45,142 bases of DNA from a virus, in the IMG/VR virus record IMGVR_UViG_3300045988_051781, positions 1-45,142 of that record; one strand, written 5' to 3'. A program made the translations under genes and the position numbers. Position 1 is the stretch's first letter, and every line of letters begins with the position of its first letter. Shown piece after piece: positions 32,382 to 40,594 of the stretch. A model generated the notes under the pieces. It ran no database searches and had not been told where the DNA came from. It worked only from the letters and a program-made list of their open reading frames with translations.

Positions 32382-32532
32382 CCTCTTCCTCCTTTACATA
32401 ATCCGGGCAATCCTCTGCAAATTCATACTCGTCCAAAGCATCACACTGCATCGGGCAATCCACGTGATCCGGGCATTCCAAACAACACATATGATTGTTT
32501 TCATTTATCGCACAATTTCCAATGCATCCCAT
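32374..32532 (-). CDS. Cys-rich acidic peptide (52 aa, 9 Cys)
   Basis: TAAATG coupling to the upstream ORF. MGCIGNCAINENNHMCCLECPDHVDCPMQCDALDEYEFAEDCPDYVKEEEDE. Below the ORF-track cut-off. Confidence 0.45.
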   Translation of the reverse strand: MGCIGNCAINENNHMCCLECPDHVDCPMQCDALDEYEFAEDCPDYVKEEEDE

Positions 32533-32883
32533 TTACTGTTCCTCCTTCCATTTCTTCTCACTGAATTCATCCGGTTCCATATATGTGTTTCCGTCACATT
32601 CGACAACTCCACGTCTGTATCTATAAGCACATTGTCTACAGAGCGCTCGGAATGCAAAAAGTCCTTTATTTTTCCCTTTAGATATTCGGAATGTTGCTGT
32701 ATATGGCATAATCTTGTTTTCCGGAACATGCGATTTCATATCTCTACCACAACACCAGCATTTATATTCACAGCCAGTTATCTCATGAATTTCTTTGCTG
32801 TAATCTTTCAAAATTCCACCATATCGAAAAGGCTTATCTTCCAATGTGTTCTTTCCTTTCATGTGATTTCTCCTTTTCTTCAT
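32533..32883 (-). CDS. Cys-rich protein (about 108-116 aa)
   Basis: ATG 32883, or ATG 32862 which has the better AGGAG RBS. GCEYKCWCCGRD...CRQCAYRY..ECDG. Confidence 0.5.
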   Translation of the reverse strand: MKKRRNHMKGKNTLEDKPFRYGGILKDYSKEIHEITGCEYKCWCCGRDMKSHVPENKIMPYTATFRISKGKNKGLFAFRALCRQCAYRYRRGVVECDGNTYMEPDEFSEKKWKEEQ

Positions 32884-32917
32884 CAATCCTCGTAATTCAT
32901 TACAATTGTAATTACTT

Positions 32918-33520
32918 TTACAAGCACTTTCTGAATCTGATCGTAAATGTGGTGGTCATCACTGCCGAAGCGAGAATACAGCCTTGTGAGAAGTCTATCC
33001 AAGCCTTACTATCAATAAGCTGTTGGCTTAAATCTCGCCATTCCCGGCATGCAAACATATTCGGGTCGAGCAAGATGATATTTTTCTGTCCATTCCAAAA
33101 TTCAGACAAATCAGCTATCTTGTGGCTTTTCTGTCCCTCTTTTTCTTTCACAATGCAGAAATCACAACCTCTCGGACATCCCCTTGTCAAGAATCCGTAG
33201 GCGGTATCTCTACATAGTTCTGGATACAGGCTGTAATCTGGATAGATATGTTCGATTTCTTCCGACAATGGCTTGCCACCAGATGGATATTCATACCCCG
33301 TACCGCCTTTGATTATTTCTCCAGCACACACTGGATGAGGATAATCCGGTGTAAAGGTAAATACCTTGCTCATATATACCATGTCTGGTGGATTCAGCCA
33401 TGCAGTCAGCGGATCATACCACTCGACTTGATCTCCGTTCTGCTTATGCCATGCCGACAGCTTCATCAGTGGAAGATTAGGAAAATTGTGTCCGTCTACG
33501 TCAATTAGTGCTATTCTCAT
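32918..33520 (-). CDS. Radical SAM protein, apparently C-terminally truncated or frameshifted
   Basis: MRIALIDVDGHNFPNLPLMKLSAWHK N-domain, then CPRGCDFC (CxxxCxxC). Only about 80 aa follow the cluster. After DFSQG the more protein-like continuation is in another frame. Confidence 0.6.
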   Translation of the reverse strand: MRIALIDVDGHNFPNLPLMKLSAWHKQNGDQVEWYDPLTAWLNPPDMVYMSKVFTFTPDYPHPVCAGEIIKGGTGYEYPSGGKPLSEEIEHIYPDYSLYPELCRDTAYGFLTRGCPRGCDFCIVKEKEGQKSHKIADLSEFWNGQKNIILLDPNMFACREWRDLSQQLIDSKAWIDFSQGCILASAVMTTTFTIRFRKCL

Positions 33521-33528
33521 TTCTTCAC

Positions 33529-34847
33529 CTACGCAAATCTTAATTGTTCCGCAATTGCCTGAATTACATTTACGGTTACGCCATTCCCTGCCTGTTTGTA
33601 TAACTGGCTATCCGAATTTACGAACTGTGCTTTTTCAAAATAATCGTCCGTCCAACCTTGTAGTCGGAAGCATTCTTTTGGTGTTAGTTTTCGGATTGCT
33701 ATATAACAATGATATTTTTCATACCAGACCGCATATACAGTCAGTTCTTCGGATACCTGTACAAAAATTCCTTGATTACAACTTGTGTCGAGCGTGTTGG
33801 AGATTTCTTTTCCGTAATCGCTCCGAACATTCCGTAGCACCCCGAGCGGCTCTATTCCTACTCCATGTCTATCCTGTCCAGTAAGTGTAAACATCGGTTC
33901 GCCATCTTCTTTGAATCTCCGTCCATTCTGTCTTTTTTCCGTTCGATCAGGCGTAAGGATCGGAATTGCAATGCCACTATTTTCATGGATGTTTGAGCAT
34001 CCTTTATAGTATCTTGCGAGAATCGTTCTGCTCACATCCGTTGTCACCGGCTTTCCCTGATACGCTAAATCTATAAAGCACGGTAATGCTACATGATGTC
34101 CTCTTCCGCCTCCTTGTGCCGTATCCAGCGTTTCTGTAATGCCGTTCTGGTCAAATACCTGTGTGTTTCTTCTATATCCATCTTTATGGCCAATTATTTG
34201 AACACGATTTTCTCCGTCTGCTCTTTCGACAGGAAATACTTTTGCTGTACTTCTCCCTCTAAGATGTCCGATAATGAAGCACCTTTCTCTGTTTTGTGGC
34301 ACTCCGAAATCTTTGGAGTTGAGCACTTGCCATTCTGCATCATACCCCCCTGCTCCATTTCAATGAGCAGTCTGGCGAAATCCCATCCTCCATTAACACT
34401 AAGCAAATTCTTAACGTTCTCAATGAAAAGGTAAGCGGGTTTATTTTCTTCTTCGAGCTGTCCGATAAGGTACATAACTCGGAAAAACAGGCTTGAACGG
34501 TTTCCTTGAAATCCAAGCTGTTTTCCTGCAACTGAGATGTCTTGGCATGGGAATCCGAAACACCAACAGTCTGCTTTCGGAATATCATCGGCACACACTC
34601 TTCTAACGTCATTTGCGTACCATTCTCCGTTTCTGTATTCATCTTTTAAAATCTCCTTCTGCCTTTTTTTCTGTGGTAATTCATTCAGTTTCTTTCTTTG
34701 TTCGTCCGTCAGAAGATGCATGGAAATGTAGCTTGCTGCAGCGAACTTATCAAACTCGCAAAAACCAACGCATTCATGTCCGGCAAGTTCCATTCCCCTT
34801 CGGAAACCACCTATTCCGGCGAACCAGTCTATAAATTTCACTCTCAC
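33529..34847 (-). pseudogene. DNA (cytosine-5) methyltransferase split into two ORFs at a G6 (plus-strand C6) homopolymer
   Basis: ORF 34194..34847 carries FAGIGG, FPCQDIS and ENVKNL. ORF 33529..34326 carries QNRER and GNGVTV. One extra G at 34345..34350, or a -1 slip, restores EQGGYDAEWQVLNSKDFGVPQNRER. Confidence 0.8.
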
Positions 34848-34963
34848 ATCCCCCCAATCTTGCCTACTTCCAGAGTTACATTTAAGTTTTTTCTTTGTTT
34901 CATCTTCTCGAAAGGAGCCGATATATCTTTGCCCGGCCGGAGCTCCGTACTCCTTTCTGTAAT

Positions 34964-35128
34964 TTACTTGACTCTAATTTCATCTCCGCAAATCGGGCAT
35001 AACGCAAAATCTTCAAATTCATTAACGCCCGTCTGCATCTTAATCAAATCCTCTTTTCCACAGCTGATCTCGATTCCGCATTTTTCGCAAATACCTCTGT
35101 ACTTGAATTTTCTGATAATCTTAATCAT
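34964..35128 (-). CDS. Zinc-ribbon peptide (54 aa)
   Basis: TGATG coupling. MIKIIRKFKYRGICEKCGIEISCG...ALCPICGDEIRVK. Below the ORF-track cut-off. Confidence 0.45.
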   Translation of the reverse strand: MIKIIRKFKYRGICEKCGIEISCGKEDLIKMQTGVNEFEDFALCPICGDEIRVK

Positions 35129-35349
35129 CACTTCACCTCATTTGCCACCATAAATCCCATCCTAGCAACATTCCTAAGATTATCCCTAATCAGTGCCTTG
35201 TTCGGCTGTCTATGCCTTTCCAGATACTCCCAAATTGATTCATCGTCTCTTTCCGGTTCATTCGCCAGATAGTCCACGGAATATTCATACTCAGCTTTTG
35301 CGACTTGCAAGCACTGAATCATGTAATCTATCTTTTCTCCTGTGTTCAT
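35128..35349 (-). CDS. Hypothetical protein (73 aa)
   Basis: AAAGGAG RBS. Co-oriented. Confidence 0.5.
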   Translation of the reverse strand: MNTGEKIDYMIQCLQVAKAEYEYSVDYLANEPERDDESIWEYLERHRQPNKALIRDNLRNVARMGFMVANEVK

Positions 35350-35351
35350 GA

Positions 35352-35939
35352 CTACTCCTTTACCCGGCAGATTTCTTCGTACACTGTAAAGAATTTTCCC
35401 TCATGCTCTTTGCAGTATTCTTCCAAAATCCTTTTCATTACAATCCCAATTTTTTCACCTTTTTCTTCCGTGACATCTTCCTCGTATACACATCTTTTCA
35501 CTTTGCCTGTATCTTCAATCACTCGAACAACGCAAGCAAGTTCCGTCTCAATCGGTTTTTTCTCATGGTCTGCTTTCCACTGTTCAAGAACCTTAACCAC
35601 ATCTGTTGGATTTTCTTTTCTAATGCTAACGCATATTTTTTGTCTATCTATACACTGAATCGGGCATTTAGAGCATGTATATTGCTTCATGCATATCTCC
35701 GCAAGAATCTCAAGTGCTTCTATCGCACTCATTTCTTCTACCGGTTCAAACATTTCGTCTGTCCAACAGTAGCCGTCTGGATCTTCTTCGATGTAATAAC
35801 CTAAGTTACCAACTCTTTCGATCGTTACAACGTTTCCGCCCATATCTACCATATCGTCTACAGCAACGGATCCGCCGTAATTCCCGCCCGTCACTAAATC
35901 TTCCCTGATTCTTACTTTATCGCCAACCTTATATTTCAT
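35352..35939 (-). CDS. Hypothetical protein with an SH3-like N-terminus (195 aa)
   Basis: AGGAGG RBS. MKYKVGDKVRIREDLVTGG... Confidence 0.55.
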   Translation of the reverse strand: MKYKVGDKVRIREDLVTGGNYGGSVAVDDMVDMGGNVVTIERVGNLGYYIEEDPDGYCWTDEMFEPVEEMSAIEALEILAEICMKQYTCSKCPIQCIDRQKICVSIRKENPTDVVKVLEQWKADHEKKPIETELACVVRVIEDTGKVKRCVYEEDVTEEKGEKIGIVMKRILEEYCKEHEGKFFTVYEEICRVKE

Positions 35940-35941
35940 GG

Positions 35942-36430
35942 TTATCCCTCCTTAATTTTCCTCTTTTTGGTTTTTTTCAAAACGTATTTATCGCAGATGC
36001 AAGCGTCACATTTACGGCTTTCTCCGGTTATGCCAATGTAATTGCAATTCGCTCCGTGTCCTTTCATCAGGTTATCTTGCATGCGGTATTTGCACGTCTT
36101 GCACAGATGCCTATCTGCATTAAATCCTTGTAGCCGTTGCTGTTTCCACTCTGTCGGTGTCGGGATCCCGTCTCTTCTGCACCAGTTAGACACCGTGCAT
36201 TTTGATACACCGTAGATCTTTGCAATCTGGCTTGTCTGCATTCCTCGTTTTACGAAATTTTCCAGTTCTTTTGGATTATGCCGTTGCACTGTAAAGCTCG
36301 ACTCTTTTTCGTTTCGGCAAATGCTTATGTACCTGTATGTTGTCGATTCACTCTGCTTCAATTCTCTGGATATTTCTGCCACGCTATATCCATCATTTAG
36401 CAGCTTGATCGTTCTTTCGTACCTGTTCAT
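35942..36430 (-). CDS. HTH-containing protein with a Cys-rich C-terminus (162 aa)
   Basis: Two HTH-like segments (GYSVAEISRELKQSESTTYRY; QTSQIAKIYGVSKCTVSNW), then CKTCKY...C..CICD. Confidence 0.55.
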   Translation of the reverse strand: MNRYERTIKLLNDGYSVAEISRELKQSESTTYRYISICRNEKESSFTVQRHNPKELENFVKRGMQTSQIAKIYGVSKCTVSNWCRRDGIPTPTEWKQQRLQGFNADRHLCKTCKYRMQDNLMKGHGANCNYIGITGESRKCDACICDKYVLKKTKKRKIKEG

Positions 36431-36435
36431 GCTTT

Positions 36436-37122
36436 TTATCCTCCAAGTAGCTCTCTGGTAAGCTTGTCCATGTCGTAGCTGCGTTCTTGGAAATTACGGA
36501 ATTTCGAGACTTTCGTAGGATACTCGGCACATCCAGATGAATCCTTTCTCGCCCAGTTTCGCACACAGGCACGCCAGTCTTTCATTCTGTTTTTCCCAAC
36601 CATCCACCCGTTTGAGGTGTAATAGTCAATAAAACGATCATAGTCAAGCTTGTATCCCTTTTCCTCACAGTATGCTTTTATATCTTCAATGGTGGGTGGG
36701 ATAAAGCGGGACGCTTTTTCTTTAGACACGCTAGTGTCTTTCTTTTTTTTAGCATTTACATTATCATTTACATTTACATATACATTAGGTTCGTGGGTGG
36801 TTACGGTTTGGTTATTGTTTGGTTTTGGTTTGGTTATTGTTTGGTTATCACTTGGTTTAACCTTGGTTACGGTTTGGTTAGCTTTGGTTTTTGGTTGTTC
36901 CTGTGGTCTACCACCTTTTTTTCCGTTCTCATACCGCTTATTATTCGCGTCGATCTGAGGTTTTACCAGGCAAAACACCGTGTATTCAATACCGGAATGT
37001 TCCGGCTCCTTACCGTCCAACGCATAATCTAATATGGATTGCATTACCTTTTTGTATTCTTCAGGAGGGAGATTCTTCACCGATTCTGCAAAAGATCGGT
37101 AAAATACGAAACTATCTCTCAT
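36436..37122 (-). CDS. Replisome-organiser-like / replication initiation protein
   Basis: The N-terminus DSFVFYRSFAESVKNLP and the C-terminus PPTIEDIKAYCEEKGYKLDYDRFIDYYTSNGWMVGKNRMKDWRACVRNW are typical of phage replication organiser proteins as remembered. Internal DNA iterons. Confidence 0.6.
   Translation of the reverse strand: MRDSFVFYRSFAESVKNLPPEEYKKVMQSILDYALDGKEPEHSGIEYTVFCLVKPQIDANNKRYENGKKGGRPQEQPKTKANQTVTKVKPSDNQTITKPKPNNNQTVTTHEPNVYVNVNDNVNAKKKKDTSVSKEKASRFIPPTIEDIKAYCEEKGYKLDYDRFIDYYTSNGWMVGKNRMKDWRACVRNWARKDSSGCAEYPTKVSKFRNFQERSYDMDKLTRELLGG
36799..36880. repeat. Iteron-like direct repeats inside the organiser gene (candidate ori)
   Basis: GGTTACGGTTTGGTTA at 36799 and 36865. 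GGTTTGGTTATTGTTTGGTT at 36805 and 36827 (22-bp register). Confidence 0.7.
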
Positions 37123-37496
37123 TTCTCTATCTCCTTTATAGTTACCTCTATTCGTGGGTTTTGGGTGTCAATATAGAAATTGTCCTGAAATCCTATGATG
37201 TCACGCCAGCTGTCATTTGCAAGCACTTTCGTTTCTACTAGCGCATCTTGTATCACCTTGCGTCCGAAAGAGCTTATATTGTCCAAATCCCTCCTTTTAT
37301 TAGGTTCGTACCAGTCATACACCATGTACACTGGTTTCTTGATTCTAAGGCGTTTCAGCTGTTCCAGAATGGCTGCTATAACCTTAGATTCATTCTTTCT
37401 TTTCATCTGTGCACCTTTATACGGGTTTGTCCGGCAAGCGGATGTATAATCGTTCAAATTGTCAAGCTTGCCGCTGATCCTTAAAAAATATTCCAT
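37119..37496 (-). CDS. rusA: RusA-like Holliday junction resolvase
   Basis: 125 aa. RRDLDNISSFGRKVIQDALVETKVLANDSWRDI matches the RusA D.DN...K...D.L pattern. Confidence 0.7.
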   Translation of the reverse strand: MEYFLRISGKLDNLNDYTSACRTNPYKGAQMKRKNESKVIAAILEQLKRLRIKKPVYMVYDWYEPNKRRDLDNISSFGRKVIQDALVETKVLANDSWRDIIGFQDNFYIDTQNPRIEVTIKEIEK

Positions 37497-37779
37497 TCTT
37501 CCAACCTTTAAACGCTTCTTTCATTTTCATCCGTTTGTACAGTATCGCTCTCGATCTTGCAAGCTCTTTTCTGAGATACTGCGCAAATTGTCTTTCGTCT
37601 TCTGGATCGCCCGGAACCGGACGGAAAATACCATTCCCAACATTGATAATGCAGTCGCCGTTCTTATTTGCATTAGCGATCATCTCTCTTAATCTGCGGT
37701 CGGTCGTTTGGTTGCAAGGACGTGCCATAGCTTTTTCATGTCCGTCCGGTATTTTCTCGAAATACTCTTCTGCGTTCAT
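37462..37779 (-). CDS. Hypothetical protein (105 aa)
   Basis: ATG 37779 after AGGAG. Confidence 0.5.
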   Translation of the reverse strand: MNAEEYFEKIPDGHEKAMARPCNQTTDRRLREMIANANKNGDCIINVGNGIFRPVPGDPEDERQFAQYLRKELARSRAILYKRMKMKEAFKGWKNGIFFKDQRQA

Positions 37780-37869
37780 CGTTCTCCTTTCCCCTCCGGT
37801 TTCCCGGAGGATGAATCCATTCATGCAAGTTGCGTGTGATATATTATTTTCGCATGAGCGGTTAATAAG

Positions 37870-38151
37870 TTACGATGTATAGAAAAACTCCTTTCGGAAG
37901 TCCTCTATCGTTCCATAGTGCTCCAGATAGTACTCTCTGCATCTCTTCCGCAGATCCTTGTCTATCTTGGATGCTTCTTTTCCGGCGTGTACTCCGTTCG
38001 GATGCAAGTCTGGTCTTAACGGTGCTATAAATCCGTATTTCTCGCAAAGCATCCGTTCTGTATGGGTGTGGGAGAAGATATGGTGTCTTTCCACACCGTA
38101 GAATCCTGTGTACATGCAGTGATCCATGTCGTCCGTGAATATGCTCCACAA
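37870..38151 (-). CDS. Hypothetical His/Cys-containing protein (about 85-93 aa)
   Basis: CMYTGFYGVERHHIFSHTHTERMLCEKYGF. Start uncertain. Preferred over the overlapping frame 37862..38149. Confidence 0.5.
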   Translation of the reverse strand: MWSIFTDDMDHCMYTGFYGVERHHIFSHTHTERMLCEKYGFIAPLRPDLHPNGVHAGKEASKIDKDLRKRCREYYLEHYGTIEDFRKEFFYTS

Positions 38152-38155
38152 CTTC

Positions 38156-38728
38156 TTAGATATCTACCCCGTACCTCTCTTTCAGTATTCTTCTCTCTTC
38201 CGTGGATGCTATCTCTCTGTCCGGTATTCCGGCTTCTTTGCAGCTCTCCACAAGTCCGTTAATCAGTCTGGACATTTCTTCCGTGTTGTACGTGTGACTT
38301 CCTCGAATCATTCTGTATGTCCGGTACATCACACCGTCATTTCCCTGTCGCACTTGTGTAGTAGGTGCTAAGTGGTAGTCCATAGATGCATTTACTTTCT
38401 TCTCTGCTTCTTCCGTGTCTGGAATCGTGGTATATACCTGTATTCCATCGAATAACTCCGGCTCTCCATACATTCTTAGCAGATGGTTGTGAATCTCTGG
38501 ATTCGAGCTGTCAAGCACTTTTGCGAGCTTTGAAACCAATACCCAGTAATAAGCGTTGGCGTCAAGACTTCTCTTTTTCCGGTGCTTCTTAATCACGATG
38601 TCGATCAGATCACAACTTCTAAGTTCTTCAAATGCCTGTTTCGCATCCTCGTTTACAGTTAGGACGATCTTTTGCTTTTTACTGAACAAGTCAATCATCA
38701 GATCTGAAAACCTACCAGTGAACTCCAT
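38156..38728 (-). CDS. NinB/Orf-like recombination mediator
   Basis: KKRSLDANAYYWVLVSKLA parallels lambda NinB RNRSLDQNRKLWACLGDV as remembered. Confidence 0.55.
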   Translation of the reverse strand: MEFTGRFSDLMIDLFSKKQKIVLTVNEDAKQAFEELRSCDLIDIVIKKHRKKRSLDANAYYWVLVSKLAKVLDSSNPEIHNHLLRMYGEPELFDGIQVYTTIPDTEEAEKKVNASMDYHLAPTTQVRQGNDGVMYRTYRMIRGSHTYNTEEMSRLINGLVESCKEAGIPDREIASTEERRILKERYGVDI

Positions 38729-39342
38729 CAATCATCACCAAATTTTCCTTTCAGAGCGGTAAGCATCTTAGCAGCTTCGCCCTCCGTAAGCGTTTCCCAC
38801 GTCTTACCGTTGCTTGTAACCCATGCATCACCATCGATTCCGTGACTTGTGCACATGTTTTTAATAGTCTTGATCTTTGCCGGTGAAGCTGTCTTTTCCA
38901 GTGATTCTGGAATGCTCAGTTCCTGTTTGTTTTCCTCCTGCACCCACAAGTCAAACCCAAGTCCTGTATGAATTGCAATGCACTTCACGAACGCTCTACA
39001 CATGCTATTCCAGACGCGCTGTTGAGACATGGAGTTGTCTTTTACCGGATTGCTGCCATTCATGACCGGAGTCTGCATATAGTAAGTATTGTTATCGACG
39101 ACAACTTTTATCTTCGTTTCGTAGCAACGATTTGTGGCTCCATTCTTATCCGTAAATGTATGCTCGGATGCAATCAGGCTACTTCCATTTGCTCCGGTGC
39201 ATGGCTCAAAATATACCGTTTCCGCACCGTTCTCCCGGAGAAGATCAATACATTTCGCCCAGTTAAGATAATCGATGCCGTCACGCTTTTTGCAATGCTT
39301 TCGCACATCGACTTTTCGCATTTCTTCATAGCTTTTCAACAT
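38728..39342 (-). CDS. Rad52/Sak-like single-strand annealing protein (DUF1071-type)
   Basis: DGIDYLNWAKCIDLLRENGAETVYFEP resembles the Sak/DUF1071 N-terminal signature. Adjacent to the NinB-like and RusA genes. Confidence 0.55.
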   Translation of the reverse strand: MLKSYEEMRKVDVRKHCKKRDGIDYLNWAKCIDLLRENGAETVYFEPCTGANGSSLIASEHTFTDKNGATNRCYETKIKVVVDNNTYYMQTPVMNGSNPVKDNSMSQQRVWNSMCRAFVKCIAIHTGLGFDLWVQEENKQELSIPESLEKTASPAKIKTIKNMCTSHGIDGDAWVTSNGKTWETLTEGEAAKMLTALKGKFGDD

Positions 39343-39513
39343 TTATAACATCCTCCTTAAGTCTCCATTCAAACACTCGTCACACCAGTTTTCTCCGCAA
39401 ATATCTGTAATGTAATCGCCCTCGTATAATGGCTCACCGCAGATATCGCAATATGCTACCGGCTTCGGTTCGTCTGGAAGTGCGGTTTTCCATTCATCGT
39501 ATCCCTCGATCAC
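39343..39513 (-). CDS. Possible zinc-ribbon peptide (56 aa, GTG start)
   Basis: VIEGYDEWKTALPDEPKPVAYCDICGEPLYEGDYITDICGENWCDECLNGDLRRML. Fills the gap between two ORFs. Confidence 0.4.
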   Translation of the reverse strand: MIEGYDEWKTALPDEPKPVAYCDICGEPLYEGDYITDICGENWCDECLNGDLRRML

Positions 39514-39698
39514 TCGGAATCACCCTTTTCCTCTCTTCCAACTTCCAAGATCCCAAGAACCGTTGCTACATCAAGGTAGGCTGTCTGTTCTCTCTTTGCC
39601 AATCTTTCAAATATCTGAAGCTTAGTCTGACTTTCGATCAATCTTTCATACTTAGCAATAGATATCGTTACCGTCATGCAGTCATTGTTGATTGTCAT
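39510..39698 (-). CDS. Hypothetical protein (62 aa)
   Basis: AAAGGGGAG RBS. Co-oriented. Confidence 0.45.
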   Translation of the reverse strand: MTINNDCMTVTISIAKYERLIESQTKLQIFERLAKREQTAYLDVATVLGILEVGREEKGDSE

Positions 39699-39719
39699 TG
39701 TCTTTCTCCCCTTTCCGTG

Positions 39720-39944
39720 TTATAATTTAGTTGTGTTATTTTCTGTGTCCTTGACCGGATTCGTCCGGCAAGGGCATTTTTTTATGCTCTTGATTCCAAG
39801 ATCATCCAGTCTATCTGCCAGTAATTCGATATACTTTACTGCACAATCTCTGAAATATCTGGCTTTCTCGTCTTTCAGATCAAAGCTGTTAAATTCAGCT
39901 ATCACGCCGTCAAGCTTGCTGGTTCTCACCCTCTTAGTATCCAA
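39720..39944 (-). CDS. Hypothetical protein (about 70 aa, non-ATG start)
   Basis: ORF open from TTG 39944 or GTG 39929, with no ATG. Confidence 0.35.
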   Translation of the reverse strand: MDTKRVRTSKLDGVIAEFNSFDLKDEKARYFRDCAVKYIELLADRLDDLGIKSIKKCPCRTNPVKDTENNTTKL

Positions 39945-40065
39945 AAGCTACCCACCACCCAACTAAAAAGATGGTGAATAGGATCGGGAATAATGCGGAT
40001 ACTACAGCTCCGAGGGTTTCGTCAAGCTCCCTATTAAGCTGCTTTTTTATCCTCTTTTTCTTCAC
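39934..40065 (-). CDS. Small TM peptide (43 aa)
   Basis: GTG 7 nt after AAGGAGG. VKKKRIKKQLNRELDETLGAVVSALFPILFTIFLVGWWVAFGY. Confidence 0.4.
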   Translation of the reverse strand: MKKKRIKKQLNRELDETLGAVVSALFPILFTIFLVGWWVAFGY

Positions 40066-40077
40066 CTCTCTACCTCC

Positions 40078-40170
40078 TTACTTTAAGATCAGTAATACCA
40101 GCAACAGAATATTGGTTGCCGTCAGCATACTGTTCTTTACTTTTAGGTCTTTAATAATTTCCAGTGCCAT
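40078..40170 (-). CDS. Small TM peptide (30 aa)
   Basis: AAGGAG RBS. MALEIIKDLKVKNSMLTATNILLLVLLILK. Confidence 0.3.
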   Translation of the reverse strand: MALEIIKDLKVKNSMLTATNILLLVLLILK

Positions 40171-40258
40171 CTTTTCTCCTTTGTAATTTTTTTGTTGTTG
40201 CCAAACCACTTCCTTTCTGTGGTATACTCCTTGTATCAATATCAAGGAGGTGTGTTCT

Positions 40259-40459
40259 ATGACCGAGATCGATTCAAAGAAATTGGCTCAACTGATTTCT
40301 GATTCCGCAATCGGAAAATATAAGTCCTCTTACCCTGATTGCTATGAAAAATATCTGGATAAATACGGTGCTGATATTGCAATGTCAAGAGCAATAAACG
40401 AATCAATCCCGATTCTTGTTGAGTATTTAGTAAAAGAAATTATTGAACTTAATAAGTAA
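40259..40459 (+). CDS. Hypothetical 66-aa protein on the opposite strand inside the early operon
   Basis: ATG 9 nt after AAGGAGG. Extended -10-like TGGTATACT at 40220..40228. Confidence 0.55.
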   Translation: MTEIDSKKLAQLISDSAIGKYKSSYPDCYEKYLDKYGADIAMSRAINESIPILVEYLVKEIIELNK

Positions 40460-40586
40460 GCTTTTTCCCAGTAATGTTGTAACTTTCTTTAATCTGCATA
40501 AGCTTTTTATCTATATCGTCAAATTTCCTTGAAATAACGATAATGAATACCGCCATTACTGATAATTCAATAATTTTATTTTTCAT
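40448..40586 (-). CDS. Small TM peptide (45 aa)
   Basis: AGGAGG RBS right after the T5orf172 stop. MKNKIIELSVMAVFIIVISRKF... The 3' end overlaps the plus-strand ORF by 12 nt, convergently. Confidence 0.4.
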
Positions 40587-40594
40587 TTTTGCTA

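Noticed and set aside
32374-33520. Radical SAM gene plus downstream Cys-rich peptides as a RiPP (SCIFF/sactipeptide-like) cluster
   Set aside because: The radical SAM gene looks truncated. The Cys residues are mostly in CxxC pairs typical of zinc ribbons, and similar mini-proteins are scattered through the whole early region. No transporter or peptidase is present.
36799-36880. Short direct repeats as a mini CRISPR array
   Set aside because: The repeats are 16-20 bp, overlapping or adjacent with no unique spacers of CRISPR size. They lie inside a coding gene, and there are no cas genes.
37862-38149. 95-aa ORF overlapping 37870..38151 in another frame
   Set aside because: The His/Arg-rich off-frame translation is less protein-like than the alternative frame, which has conserved-looking Cys/His motifs.
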